The notes beneath the pieces were generated by a model, which was not told the DNA's origin, did no database searches, and was given only the letters and a program-made list of their open reading frames with translations. The translations under genes and the position numbers were made by a program. DNA of 64,000 nt. Source: an uncultured Gammaproteobacteria bacterium (GTDB lineage Bacteria > Patescibacteriota > Patescibacteriia > Patescibacteriales > GWE2-39-37). Numbering within the stretch: position 1 is the first letter of the stretch; every line of letters starts with the position of its first letter. This document shows positions 41,669-50,467 of the stretch, piece by piece. Where the stretch lies: contig CAYUCS010000001.1 of assembly GCA_964443495.1 (NCBI GenBank), positions 616,468-680,467 on the forward strand, in the 5' to 3' direction.

Positions 41669-43094
41669 AAATCTTGTTTTTTAACTTATCCCACAGGCTT
41701 GAGCCGCTGAATTCGATTTTTATTTCCTTAAGGACCAACTTCCGCTGCGGCTGTTCTTCCGCCTTGAGTCCGGGGGCTGATATGATGAAACTGTATTTAT
41801 AAAATTCACGATAAGCGGCAGAACCAAGATCGAACTCGGCCTCGGCCTTGCGCCAGCCGTCTCCGATCTGGTCAGGAGCGACATAATCAGCAATGACATA
41901 TTCGACGCCGCGCTGATCAGGAAAAAATTCCGGTCCCACTTTCATATAGCCGGGATTGATAAAGCCGCTGCCGGACAAAGTGAAGACCCCGTCGCCGGAA
42001 ACGATCATGCCGTCTTGAGGCAAGACGACACTGGTCAGCCTTCCGATAGTCGATACGCTGTACTGGCGATAAGTCTCAGCTACTTCAAGCTCATGCTGGC
42101 CTACGGTAACTATCGAAAGCTTGGCCGGATCAGTGGTCTGCACATTCACCGTCTGGCTATCCGTATCCAGCACAATCGGCTTACTCCCCCCTTCGGCGAA
42201 CCAAACCTTATTGATGAATGAGAGCTTGGATTGCGGCGTGACGATGCGGCTCGTCACGATGTCGTCATTGGCCACCACTTCAAGACGATAGGCGGACTCA
42301 GGCAGGTCGGCGGCTTCGAGAGCCAGCTCGCGCATCGGACCGATTTTCCCCGTATCGCCAGCGGCTCCGTCATCGGCCAATTTGGCGCTTGAAATCAAGC
42401 GGTTGCCCTGCCAAAGCTTCAATTCGATCGGGTCAGCATCCTTGTTCAAATTAAGGTCTTGGACCTCGAGCTTGAATGACAGCTTTTCATCCTTGGCATA
42501 GGTGTAGAATTGATAGGCGCCACGGAGCGGTTGCGAGAAAACGTTCGTTGTCGTACCGGGGCGATAATCTGGCAATTCGAACGGCGCGTCCAGTGCCAGG
42601 TTGAAGGCAGCGACTTTGCGTGAATCAGGCAAATTGTTGAAAAATTCCTCCAGGCTCCCAAACCTCTTCTCCTTCTGCAGCAGCAGAATGCGACCTTGGC
42701 GGATCGAAGGCCAGCGACCGGACAATTCGTCCAGCTTCATATTTTCCAAAGGTTCGGTCTGATATCGCCACACCTTCTTATCGGCCAGCACGCCGGCCTC
42801 GATGACCGGAATGGCGTCAGGATTCTTGTAGATTACTGTCATCTTGGCATGGGCGAAGGCGCGCGGCGTGCGCACCGCAAAATATGCCGGGTCGCCGACT
42901 ATCGCTTGTTCCCCGCCTTTTGCCGGCAAGACGCGTTCTTCCGGTGTCAATTTGCGAATGAAATAGCCGGGGCGCTCAAAATCGCTCGTATAGGTTATGC
43001 GGCCGCCCGGAACTATCCCCGAATACAAAAGCCAGGCCGCCGAAAGCCCCAGGATAGTCCAAAGGATTAATCTAATCTTAATGCGTAATTCCAT
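41658..43094 (-). CDS. hypothetical membrane-anchored extracytoplasmic protein
   Basis: 478 aa. Single N-terminal TM (IRLILWTILGLSAAWLLYSGIV). First gene of the rfb/GT2 minus-strand operon. Confidence 0.65.
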   Translation of the reverse strand: MELRIKIRLILWTILGLSAAWLLYSGIVPGGRITYTSDFERPGYFIRKLTPEERVLPAKGGEQAIVGDPAYFAVRTPRAFAHAKMTVIYKNPDAIPVIEAGVLADKKVWRYQTEPLENMKLDELSGRWPSIRQGRILLLQKEKRFGSLEEFFNNLPDSRKVAAFNLALDAPFELPDYRPGTTTNVFSQPLRGAYQFYTYAKDEKLSFKLEVQDLNLNKDADPIELKLWQGNRLISSAKLADDGAAGDTGKIGPMRELALEAADLPESAYRLEVVANDDIVTSRIVTPQSKLSFINKVWFAEGGSKPIVLDTDSQTVNVQTTDPAKLSIVTVGQHELEVAETYRQYSVSTIGRLTSVVLPQDGMIVSGDGVFTLSGSGFINPGYMKVGPEFFPDQRGVEYVIADYVAPDQIGDGWRKAEAEFDLGSAAYREFYKYSFIISAPGLKAEEQPQRKLVLKEIKIEFSGSSLWDKLKNKIYGK

Positions 43095-43124
43095 ATGATA
43101 ATTATAGCCCGAACAGGGGCAATA

Positions 43125-43133
43125 TGCTACAAT
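43125..43133 (+). promoter_or_regulatory. extended -10 promoter element (TGcTACAAT)
   Basis: TGCTACAAT at 43125-43133. It overlaps the track ORF's ATG 43124, which argues for the start at 43163. Confidence 0.4.
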
Positions 43134-43162
43134 TTAAGATAATTAACCCCTTAAATCAACAT

Positions 43163-43636
43163 ATGACCAACAATAAGGACGGCTTGATCGAGCTCATGGC
43201 CACTCATGAAGAGACCTTGAGCCAGCTTTACCAGATTTACAGCCAAAAGTATGATTTTTATCAAAGTTTTTGGCAAGACATCGCCTCTGAAGAAATAGAC
43301 CATGCCCGCTGGCTGCACGCGCTGAATGAGAAAGCTGACCGGGGCGAACTGTCATTCGACGAGCACCTTTTCAAGCTGCCGGCGATAACGACCTCCTTGG
43401 AATACCTTAACCAGAAAGTTGCTCAAGCGCGCATGGAGGATATTCCTGTCCTGACCGCCTTAGCCATTTCCCGAGATCTTGAGAACAGCATGCTGGAGGG
43501 AAAATTCTTCATTGTCTTCCAGACTGATTCGCCCGAGCTGAAAAAAGTCTTTTCCGAATTAGAAGACGCGACCAATCTCCATGCGCACAAGATCAAAGAT
43601 TTGCTCGATGCCCAAGGGCAGCTGCCAGTCGGCTAA
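43163..43636 (+). CDS. ferritin-like/rubrerythrin-like superfamily protein (tentative)
   Basis: 157 aa from ATG 43163 (MTNNKDG...). ExxH element in IASEEIDHARWL. All-helical appearance. Confidence 0.45.
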   Translation: MTNNKDGLIELMATHEETLSQLYQIYSQKYDFYQSFWQDIASEEIDHARWLHALNEKADRGELSFDEHLFKLPAITTSLEYLNQKVAQARMEDIPVLTALAISRDLENSMLEGKFFIVFQTDSPELKKVFSELEDATNLHAHKIKDLLDAQGQLPVG

Positions 43637-43676
43637 CCATGCAACCAATCAAATATCTAACAAGTAAACGAACCAT

Positions 43677-44255
43677 ATGGCATACACCGCGCAAAATTTT
43701 GAGAATATCCTAGGCATCCAGGGTATCTCAGACCAATTGATCATGAACCACCTCTCGCTTTATCAAGGTTACGTCGCGAACACGAACAAGGTCCTTGACG
43801 AACTCAATGCGCTAGGAGCGGCGGGGCAGCTGGCAACGCCGCAAGCCGCCGAACTGCGCCGGCGGCTAGGCTGGGAGTGGAACGGCATGCGCTTGCATGA
43901 ACTCTATTTCGCCAACCTGACCAGCAAGCCGGCTCCTTATGACTTCAATTCCGCATTGGTTCAGAAGATAACCTCTGATTTCGTATCCATGGAAAATTTC
44001 GAGGCTGAATTCCGTGCTGTCGCCGCGATGCGAGGCATCGGCTGGGTCGTTCTCTACCACGACCTTGCCAGCGACAGGCTCTTTATCTCATGGATCAATG
44101 AACATGACCAGGGCCACCTTTCGGGCGCGAAGCCGCTCTTGGTTCTTGATGTCTTCGAGCATGCCTACATGATCGATTACGGCCTCAAGCGCGCCGACTA
44201 CATCGACGCGGCCATGAAAGCCGTCGATTGGGCAGCCGTTTCGGCCAGATTCTAA
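43677..44255 (+). CDS. Fe/Mn superoxide dismutase family protein
   Basis: 192 aa. C-terminal DVFEHAYMIDY (Asp/His ligands), GMRLHELYFANL and an N-terminal His. A divergent SOD. Confidence 0.72.
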   Translation: MAYTAQNFENILGIQGISDQLIMNHLSLYQGYVANTNKVLDELNALGAAGQLATPQAAELRRRLGWEWNGMRLHELYFANLTSKPAPYDFNSALVQKITSDFVSMENFEAEFRAVAAMRGIGWVVLYHDLASDRLFISWINEHDQGHLSGAKPLLVLDVFEHAYMIDYGLKRADYIDAAMKAVDWAAVSARF

Positions 44256-44265
44256 CAAATACCTC

Positions 44266-44288
44266 GAGGGAGCCCAGCTCCCTCTTTT
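44266..44288 (+). terminator. rho-independent terminator after the SOD gene
   Basis: GAGGGAGC-CCA-GCTCCCTC followed by TTTT. Confidence 0.6.
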
Positions 44289-44298
44289 AAAGTCGCCT

Positions 44299-44979
44299 AT
44301 GAACAATATCACCGTAATTTCGCTCGGCGGTTCCCTGGTAGTACCCGACCAAATCGATGTCAGTTTCTTGAAAAGCTTCAAGAAACTGATCGATGCCCAG
44401 ATAAAGCGCGGACAGAGGTTTGTCATAATCTGCGGCGGGGGCCGCACCGCCCGCAACTACCAAGCCGCTGCGAAGGGGGTCATCAAGTTGACCGATGAAG
44501 ATGTCGATTGGCTCGGCATTCACGCCACTCGCATCAATGCTCATCTGCTGCGCACGATTTTCTGGAAGGACGCCAACCCCAAGATTGTCACCCACCCTTT
44601 GGAAAAGATCCGTTTTACCGAACCGTTATTGATCGCTGCCGGCTGGAAGCCAGGCTGGTCGACGGACTACGACGCCGTGCTGATCGCCCGCCAATTGGGC
44701 GCTAAACGCGTCATCAACCTTTCCAACATCACGCACGTCTACGACAAGGATCCTAACCGGTTCAAGGATGCTAAAAAAATCGAAAGGATTGATTGGGCGA
44801 GTTTCCGCAAGATGCTGCCGGATAAATGGTCGCCTGGGGCCAATGCTCCGTTCGACCCGATCGCCAGCAAGCTGGCAGAAAAGCTTAGCCTCGAAACGGA
44901 TATCATCAACGGCAAAGACTTGAAGAATCTAAAGCTCTGCCTTGAAGGAAAGAAATTCATCGGCACCATCATAAAATAG
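44299..44979 (+). CDS. pyrH: UMP kinase, archaeal-type
   Basis: 226 aa. Amino-acid-kinase fold (ISLGGSLVVP...ICGGGRTARNY...AGWKPGWSTD). Confidence 0.75.
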   Translation: MNNITVISLGGSLVVPDQIDVSFLKSFKKLIDAQIKRGQRFVIICGGGRTARNYQAAAKGVIKLTDEDVDWLGIHATRINAHLLRTIFWKDANPKIVTHPLEKIRFTEPLLIAAGWKPGWSTDYDAVLIARQLGAKRVINLSNITHVYDKDPNRFKDAKKIERIDWASFRKMLPDKWSPGANAPFDPIASKLAEKLSLETDIINGKDLKNLKLCLEGKKFIGTIIK

Positions 44980-44980
44980 A

Positions 44981-45007
44981 AAAAACCGGCCCGAGGCCGG
45001 TTTTTTT
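44981..45007. terminator. bidirectional rho-independent terminator
   Basis: AAAAA-CCGGCC-CGA-GGCCGG-TTTTTTT. Confidence 0.85.
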
Positions 45008-45449
45008 ATCTGCCCAGATAGATTTTTGCGCCCTCCAGGCATCCGGAAATGAAATGCTTTTCAAGGTCGATCTCCTCAAGATCGACCCAGCGATGATCAA
45101 GGTGTTCATCGCTGATCGTAATGCTGCCGCCATTGAATCGCGCCTCGAAAAAGACGTATAGGACGTGGTTGCCCGCAGTATTGCCGGAGCGCGACGGCAA
45201 GAAATGCCGACCGGTGGCGACCGGAGAGGGCTTGATCATGAAATCGATATCCCCGACTTCTTCGACGATTTCCCGTCTTGCGATTTCGACTAGCGGCGTT
45301 TCCAATTCCGATTCGTCAATCCGTCCGCCAGGAAAATCATAGAACCCCTCGTACGAGCCGCCATCAGCGGCTTTCAATATCAGGACTTCGCCTCGCTCAT
45401 TTTTTAAGAAAACTTTGAGGGAAACTTGGTACAAAGCGTGCTTTTTCAT
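45006..45449 (-). CDS. NUDIX hydrolase
   Basis: 147 aa. Nudix box GGRIDESELETPLVEIARREIVEEVG. Confidence 0.88.
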   Translation of the reverse strand: MKKHALYQVSLKVFLKNERGEVLILKAADGGSYEGFYDFPGGRIDESELETPLVEIARREIVEEVGDIDFMIKPSPVATGRHFLPSRSGNTAGNHVLYVFFEARFNGGSITISDEHLDHRWVDLEEIDLEKHFISGCLEGAKIYLGR

Positions 45450-46594
45450 TTCATTGATCTTATTAACTGCAAATATTTAGCGGCGGCTGCCGGCCAAGTG
45501 AATTTTGCCGCCTGGGCAAGGCCCTTCTGTTTGAGGCCGTCCGCAACATCGCGGCTTCCGAGCACGGCAGCCATCGCTCCGGCCATATCCGAAACATCGA
45601 ACGGATCGGCATACATTACCGCTTGCTCCAGCACCTCCGGCAAGCTGGAGGCGCTGCTTGATACTACCGGCGTTCCGCAAGCCATCGCCTCCAATGGCGG
45701 AAAGCCGAAGCCTTCATAAAAAGACGGGAAAACGAACAGTTCAGCCGCGCTATACAGGGCCGGCTTGTCGCTATTATCGACATAGCCTATAAACTTGATC
45801 TTGTCCTTATATTTCGACTTCTGCCAGGACTGGATAATCGAATCGCTTTTCCAGCCTCGGCCGCCGGCGATCACTAAATCAAGATCGCCGAACGAAGGCT
45901 CGGCATCAAGCATCATCTCGAAGGCTTCAATGAGGCCCTCCATGTTCTTTCTTGGCTCGACTGTCCCGAGCGTCAGGATGAATCTCTCCGCAAGCCCGTA
46001 TTTGGACTTGAGATCGGCGATCAGGCGGCTTTCCTGGCCGATCTGGCGGTAGGCCGGACTGATGCCGGAGTGTATCACCTCGATCTTATCCGGACTTAAG
46101 CCGCAAAGCTCGACAAGGTCGCGCTTGGTATTGTCACTGATGGCGACGACCTTGGTAAAGCATCGGGCCAGTTTGCGCGTGGCCAGTTGCGAGTGCCAGA
46201 TATTCTTGCGCCAGGAAAAAAAATGCGGATACCGCAGGAATGAGAGATCATGGACGACCAGAACGCTCGGTCGTGACGATGACAAGGCGTAAAAATTTAT
46301 ATGGGGAGCAAAAAAAACATCCGCGCCAGCCAAGAGATTCAGCTTGGGCCAGCGAAGATGCTTTTGCAGGATATAATTGAAAATCTTGTTGGGATAATGA
46401 GTAGAAACCACTTCGGCATTCGGTCGCTTGAAATCCGGGAAACGGTGGCTGACTTCCTTGAATGAGTTGTAGTATAGCCGGAACTCGTCTTCAGTATCGA
46501 GAGCCAGCATTGCCAAAAGTATCTCTTTGGTAAATTCCGAAACGCCGCTGTAGTTGGCGTCCATCAATGGCCGGATGTCGAAACCGATTCTCAT
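45446..46594 (-). CDS. glycosyltransferase family 4 (GT-B, Glycos_transf_1)
   Basis: 382 aa. C-terminal FVFPSFYEGFGFPPLEAMACGTPVV. Confidence 0.88.
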   Translation of the reverse strand: MRIGFDIRPLMDANYSGVSEFTKEILLAMLALDTEDEFRLYYNSFKEVSHRFPDFKRPNAEVVSTHYPNKIFNYILQKHLRWPKLNLLAGADVFFAPHINFYALSSSRPSVLVVHDLSFLRYPHFFSWRKNIWHSQLATRKLARCFTKVVAISDNTKRDLVELCGLSPDKIEVIHSGISPAYRQIGQESRLIADLKSKYGLAERFILTLGTVEPRKNMEGLIEAFEMMLDAEPSFGDLDLVIAGGRGWKSDSIIQSWQKSKYKDKIKFIGYVDNSDKPALYSAAELFVFPSFYEGFGFPPLEAMACGTPVVSSSASSLPEVLEQAVMYADPFDVSDMAGAMAAVLGSRDVADGLKQKGLAQAAKFTWPAAAAKYLQLIRSMK

Positions 46595-46597
46595 ATC

Positions 46598-47716
46598 TTA
46601 AAACTTGCAGACTTTGGCTGAAAAATTCTGATACTCCTTCTCGATGAACAGCTTGATCTCACGCATGAAGCGTTCGCGCGAAAAGCTGAGCGCATGCTGC
46701 CTGATCTTCTGCGGATCATATTTCGTATGATCGAATCGGTTCAAGACAGAAACAATCGCCTGGGCTGTCTGCTCGTAAAAGAATTCGCCGGTTTCGTGGC
46801 CGATGATCGTTTCCTTGGCGCCGCCGCGGCACAAAGCGATTACGGGGCGGCCGGAAGCCATCGCCTCGACCGCCGTAATGCCGAAATCCTCTTCTTGCGG
46901 ATTGATAAAGGCCAGGCACTTGCTATACAGCACGGCCTTTTCCTTGTCGTCGACGCGGCCGATGAATTCGATATTGTCATGGCCGGCAGCCATTTTCCTC
47001 AATCGAGCCATGTCGATGCCGTCGCCGAAGACCTTGAGCTTTTTGCCGGTCTTTACGAACGCCTCGATTACGATATCTACGCGCTTGTACGGAGCCAGGC
47101 GTCCGCCGATAAGGAAATAATCGCCCAACTCCTGGCATATTTCGAAGTTACCCGTCTCAACCGGCGGGTATATGACGACGGAATCGCGGTGATAATACTT
47201 CTTGATCCGCTGGGCGATGAATTGGGAGTTAGCTATGTACGAATCGACCCGGTCGGCGGCCAAGCGGTCCCATAGCCGGAGCGAGCTTAACATGTAGGAG
47301 ATGACTTTCTTGAGATACTTATTGTAGCCGAGCTCCTTGATGTACTGATGCGTATCGCTCCAGAGATAGCGGGTCGGGGTGTGGCAATAGCAGATGTGCA
47401 GCGTTTCAGTCGAGGTGATTACGCCCTTAGCGAAAGCGCTCGCATCCGAGATGACCAAATCATAGCCTGAAAGATCGAAGAATTCGACGGCCATCGGCAT
47501 GAACGGCAGATACCACTTATAGTGCCTGACTCCGCCTGGCAACTTCTGGATAATCGAGGTCTCGATCCGTTTGTCTTTGAAATTCTTGTCAGCGTTATTC
47601 TTCTCGTAAAGCAAAGTATAGATCGGAGCACTCGGAAAAAGATCCGTAAAGACCTTCAACACTTTCTCCGCCCCGCCGTCCTGGGCCAGGTGGTCATGTA
47701 CTAAAGCGACGCGCAT
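46598..47716 (-). CDS. glycosyltransferase family 4 (GT-B)
   Basis: Start at the internal ATG 47716 (MRVALVHDHLAQDGGAEKVL). EDFGITAVEAMASGRPVI. Confidence 0.85.
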   Translation of the reverse strand: MRVALVHDHLAQDGGAEKVLKVFTDLFPSAPIYTLLYEKNNADKNFKDKRIETSIIQKLPGGVRHYKWYLPFMPMAVEFFDLSGYDLVISDASAFAKGVITSTETLHICYCHTPTRYLWSDTHQYIKELGYNKYLKKVISYMLSSLRLWDRLAADRVDSYIANSQFIAQRIKKYYHRDSVVIYPPVETGNFEICQELGDYFLIGGRLAPYKRVDIVIEAFVKTGKKLKVFGDGIDMARLRKMAAGHDNIEFIGRVDDKEKAVLYSKCLAFINPQEEDFGITAVEAMASGRPVIALCRGGAKETIIGHETGEFFYEQTAQAIVSVLNRFDHTKYDPQKIRQHALSFSRERFMREIKLFIEKEYQNFSAKVCKF

Positions 47717-47736
47717 ATTGATGGGGTTAATAGTGA

Positions 47737-49152
47737 TTACTCGGCTTTGCGGCTCCTGAGTACCGCCCAAGGGGTTTTGAGCAAGATCGAGAGATCGAGC
47801 AGCAAGGACCAATTTTCGATATAATAGGTATCCAATTTCACTTCTTCTTCGAACGACAAATCGCTGCGTCCGGAAACCTGGGCCAGGCCGGTGATTCCCG
47901 GCTTGATGGTCAGGACCTTCTTATGCGACTGTTCATACTTAGCCACCTCCTCAGGCAAGTGGGGACGCGGACCGACCAGGCTCATATCACCGCGCAAAAC
48001 GAGGAAAAGTTCGGCCAGCTCATCGATGCTGTACCGGCGGATAAAGCGGCCGATACGGGTGACGCGCGGATCATCCTTGATCTTGACCAAGGGGGATCCG
48101 GAACGCAAATCGCGATCGGCCAGTTCGGTGTAGCGCATACTATCGGTGCCCGGTCGCATGGAACGGAACTTGAAATAACGGAACAGCTTGCCGCCCTGCC
48201 CCACGCGATAGACTGGCGTGCCGTCATCACGCTGGGAAAAGAAAACAGGCCCCTTGGAATCCATCTTGATGATCAGGGCGGTAATGATCGTTACCGGACT
48301 GGTCAGGATGATCAGAATAATGGAGCTGATGATGTCGAAAAAGCGTTTGATAATCCGCCCCCACCCTTCGAGCGAGGTACGCTGCACCTCGACGATCGGT
48401 ATCCCGGCGATCTCATCGACCTCGGTCTTCAGGACTTTGGCATCAAGCAAGTCGGCTGCGTATTTGAAAGTCAGATGATGTTCATCGGCAAAGTCGAACA
48501 GGCGGAGAATTTCCGCTTTGGTCAGGTTCGGATCGGCCTGAATTATCTCATCAACCTCCTTATTCTTCAGAAACTCTTCGAGCTCTTGGGAGGTCTCGAT
48601 GCTGAAATCGCGCAAGCGCTTCATCACCTCGTAGCCGCTAGCCTTCTGGCTGGAAAAGCGATTGATGAGGATGTCGGCCGTCTTGCTATTGCCCACGACT
48701 ACGACCTTGTGCACGCCGATGTCATAACTGAACAGGATGCGTTGCACTAGGCGCACCAGCGAGCGAGCGATGACGATATACAAGATGGCTAAGAGCCAGG
48801 CAGCCAAGACGATGAAACGTGACGAAAAAAGCTCGCGCGAAAAGAAAAGGATGATTACCACCAAGACTAGGCCGGTCGAACAGGCCTGGACGATGCTATA
48901 AAGCTCCTCGACCAAGCTCTTGGTGCCCTTGATGCGATAAAGGCCGGCAAAGGCGAAGATTATCAGCCAGGCGACAGCGATACCGAAGAGAATCTGCAAG
49001 AACTCCGCGAAAGGCAAATTAAAAATTACCGGCCGGATTTCGGTGGTAATCTGGGCGAAGCGCAGATTGTAGGCCGAGATGCCGGCCAGGACGATCATCA
49101 GGAAATCAAGCGGAACCAGCAAGAAGGAAAACGCCAACTCTGATCGTTTCAT
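47737..49152 (-). CDS. polyprenyl-phosphate glycosyl-phosphotransferase (WbaP / bacterial sugar transferase family)
   Basis: 471 aa. N-terminal TM helices and C-terminal sugar-transferase domain (GPRPHLPEEV...KPGITGLAQVSGR). Confidence 0.88.
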   Translation of the reverse strand: MKRSELAFSFLLVPLDFLMIVLAGISAYNLRFAQITTEIRPVIFNLPFAEFLQILFGIAVAWLIIFAFAGLYRIKGTKSLVEELYSIVQACSTGLVLVVIILFFSRELFSSRFIVLAAWLLAILYIVIARSLVRLVQRILFSYDIGVHKVVVVGNSKTADILINRFSSQKASGYEVMKRLRDFSIETSQELEEFLKNKEVDEIIQADPNLTKAEILRLFDFADEHHLTFKYAADLLDAKVLKTEVDEIAGIPIVEVQRTSLEGWGRIIKRFFDIISSIILIILTSPVTIITALIIKMDSKGPVFFSQRDDGTPVYRVGQGGKLFRYFKFRSMRPGTDSMRYTELADRDLRSGSPLVKIKDDPRVTRIGRFIRRYSIDELAELFLVLRGDMSLVGPRPHLPEEVAKYEQSHKKVLTIKPGITGLAQVSGRSDLSFEEEVKLDTYYIENWSLLLDLSILLKTPWAVLRSRKAE

Positions 49153-49169
49153 AATTTGAAATTAAAACT

Positions 49170-49590
49170 CAATAATTCCAAGGCAAGCTGTAAGCCGGAT
49201 TCTGTCTTCTGCTTTTTGCAGGAGGCAATTATCTATCTGGTACCGCCGTTGCCGACGGACTCAAGCGAGCCACTTTTCATCACCCGCCATAGGCGGATGG
49301 TTTGCCCTTGCTCCGGATGGGGTTTGCCACGCATCCCGCTCACACGGGTGCGAGCCATGTAGCATTCGTTAGGAAATTTCCTTTCTAACCAATACATCAC
49401 GACACTTTTCACCTTTCGCCAGCGCGAAGCGCTGGTTAGTATTGTCTCTGTGGCACTTTCCGTAGGATCGCTCCCCGTGGCCGTTAGCCACCATCGCTTT
49501 CAAGAATTCGCATTCTTTCGGAGTCCGGACTTTCCTCTGAAACAGCTTTTTTGCTCTTTCAGCAATTGCCCGCTTGCCTTGGAATTATTG
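49170..49590 (-). ncRNA. rnpB: RNase P RNA, bacterial type A
   Basis: The minus strand contains GAGGAAAGTCCGGACTCC (complement of about 49520-49538), GTGCCACAGAGA, CCATCCGGAGCAAGGGCAAA and ACAGAATCCGGCTTAC (complement of 49190-49206). A 19-bp P1 forms between 49572-49590 and 49170-49188. Confidence 0.9.
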
Positions 49591-49616
49591 AATTTTAAGG
49601 AATATTCGCTCCTAAA

Positions 49617-49645
49617 ATACTACCACCGGAGGGGCAAAAAGTCAA
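49617..49645 (-). promoter_or_regulatory. sigma-70-type promoter of rnpB
   Basis: Minus strand reads TTGACT-N17-TAGTAT, ending 26 nt upstream of P1. Confidence 0.55.
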
Positions 49646-49650
49646 TATAA

Positions 49651-49678
49651 AAATATTACCTAAAATTAGGTAATATTT
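49651..49678 (-). terminator. AT-rich palindrome/hairpin after the ZIP gene (terminator or operator)
   Basis: AAATATTACCTAA-AA-TTAGGTAATATTT with 13-bp arms. On the minus strand it is followed by TTTTTAT. Confidence 0.45.
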
Positions 49679-49729
49679 CATAAAAAATAGGTATAATATT
49701 TTGCGTATTCGGCTTTTTATGTTCTAATA

Positions 49730-50467
49730 TTACTTCAACCAGCCGACCACGACGACCGACACGAAACCCAGGGCCATGCTGATCGACGGCGCCAGCTTGT
49801 ACCGGCTGACGAAAATCGAGTTCGGAATCAGCTCGAAGGCGGAAATAAAGATCATGATTCCGGCGGTAATCGAAATGAAGAAACCGATCACATCGAAAGG
49901 CAGGTCATGGAAGAAATAGTAGCTCAGAACGAAACCGAATACGGTCGGCACCAAGGTCGACATGGTCACGAGAACCGATTGAAGCTTGTTGCCGGTCAGC
50001 TGATAATAAGGCACGGTCGTGGCGATCGCTTCAGGGATGTCATGGATCGCGATGGCTAAAGCGACTTTGAGCGACAGCTCCCAACTAGACAAGGCGCTCA
50101 GGCCGATGGCCATGCCTTCAGGAAAATTATGGAACAGGATGCCGACGATCAGGAGGATGACCACGCGCTCGAATTTGCGCCGCTTGAATTGGTACCAAGG
50201 CGTGACGGTCTTGATGTGTTTCATTACCCGGCTTACCAAATTGATCATCAAGCCGCCAAGCAGCATGCCGAAAAGCATGGTCGGAACATCGACGAACTGC
50301 AAACTTTCCGGAATCAGTTCGTAAAAAGAAACCATCAGCATGACGCCGGCCGAGAAAGAAAGCATCAGTACCGAGTATTTTTCATCAGGTTTCTTAATGA
50401 CCCCGATCAGCGAGCCGACCAACGGCCCGACGCCCAGGATGAACATTATTGAGAGGAGATTGGTCAT
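49730..50467 (-). CDS. ZIP family metal (zinc) transporter
   Basis: Start at ATG 50467 (MTNLLSIMF...), in an ATGA overlap with the upstream stop. HNFPEGMAIG and AIHDIPEA motifs. Confidence 0.82.
   Translation of the reverse strand: MTNLLSIMFILGVGPLVGSLIGVIKKPDEKYSVLMLSFSAGVMLMVSFYELIPESLQFVDVPTMLFGMLLGGLMINLVSRVMKHIKTVTPWYQFKRRKFERVVILLIVGILFHNFPEGMAIGLSALSSWELSLKVALAIAIHDIPEAIATTVPYYQLTGNKLQSVLVTMSTLVPTVFGFVLSYYFFHDLPFDVIGFFISITAGIMIFISAFELIPNSIFVSRYKLAPSISMALGFVSVVVVGWLK

Noticed and set aside
49156-49650. Track ORFs 49156-49362 and 49450-49650 in the 580-bp gap with no annotated gene.
   Set aside because: The region is the RNase P RNA gene on the minus strand, with conserved CR-I/CR-V sequences and a 19-bp P1. 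These ORFs are spurious.
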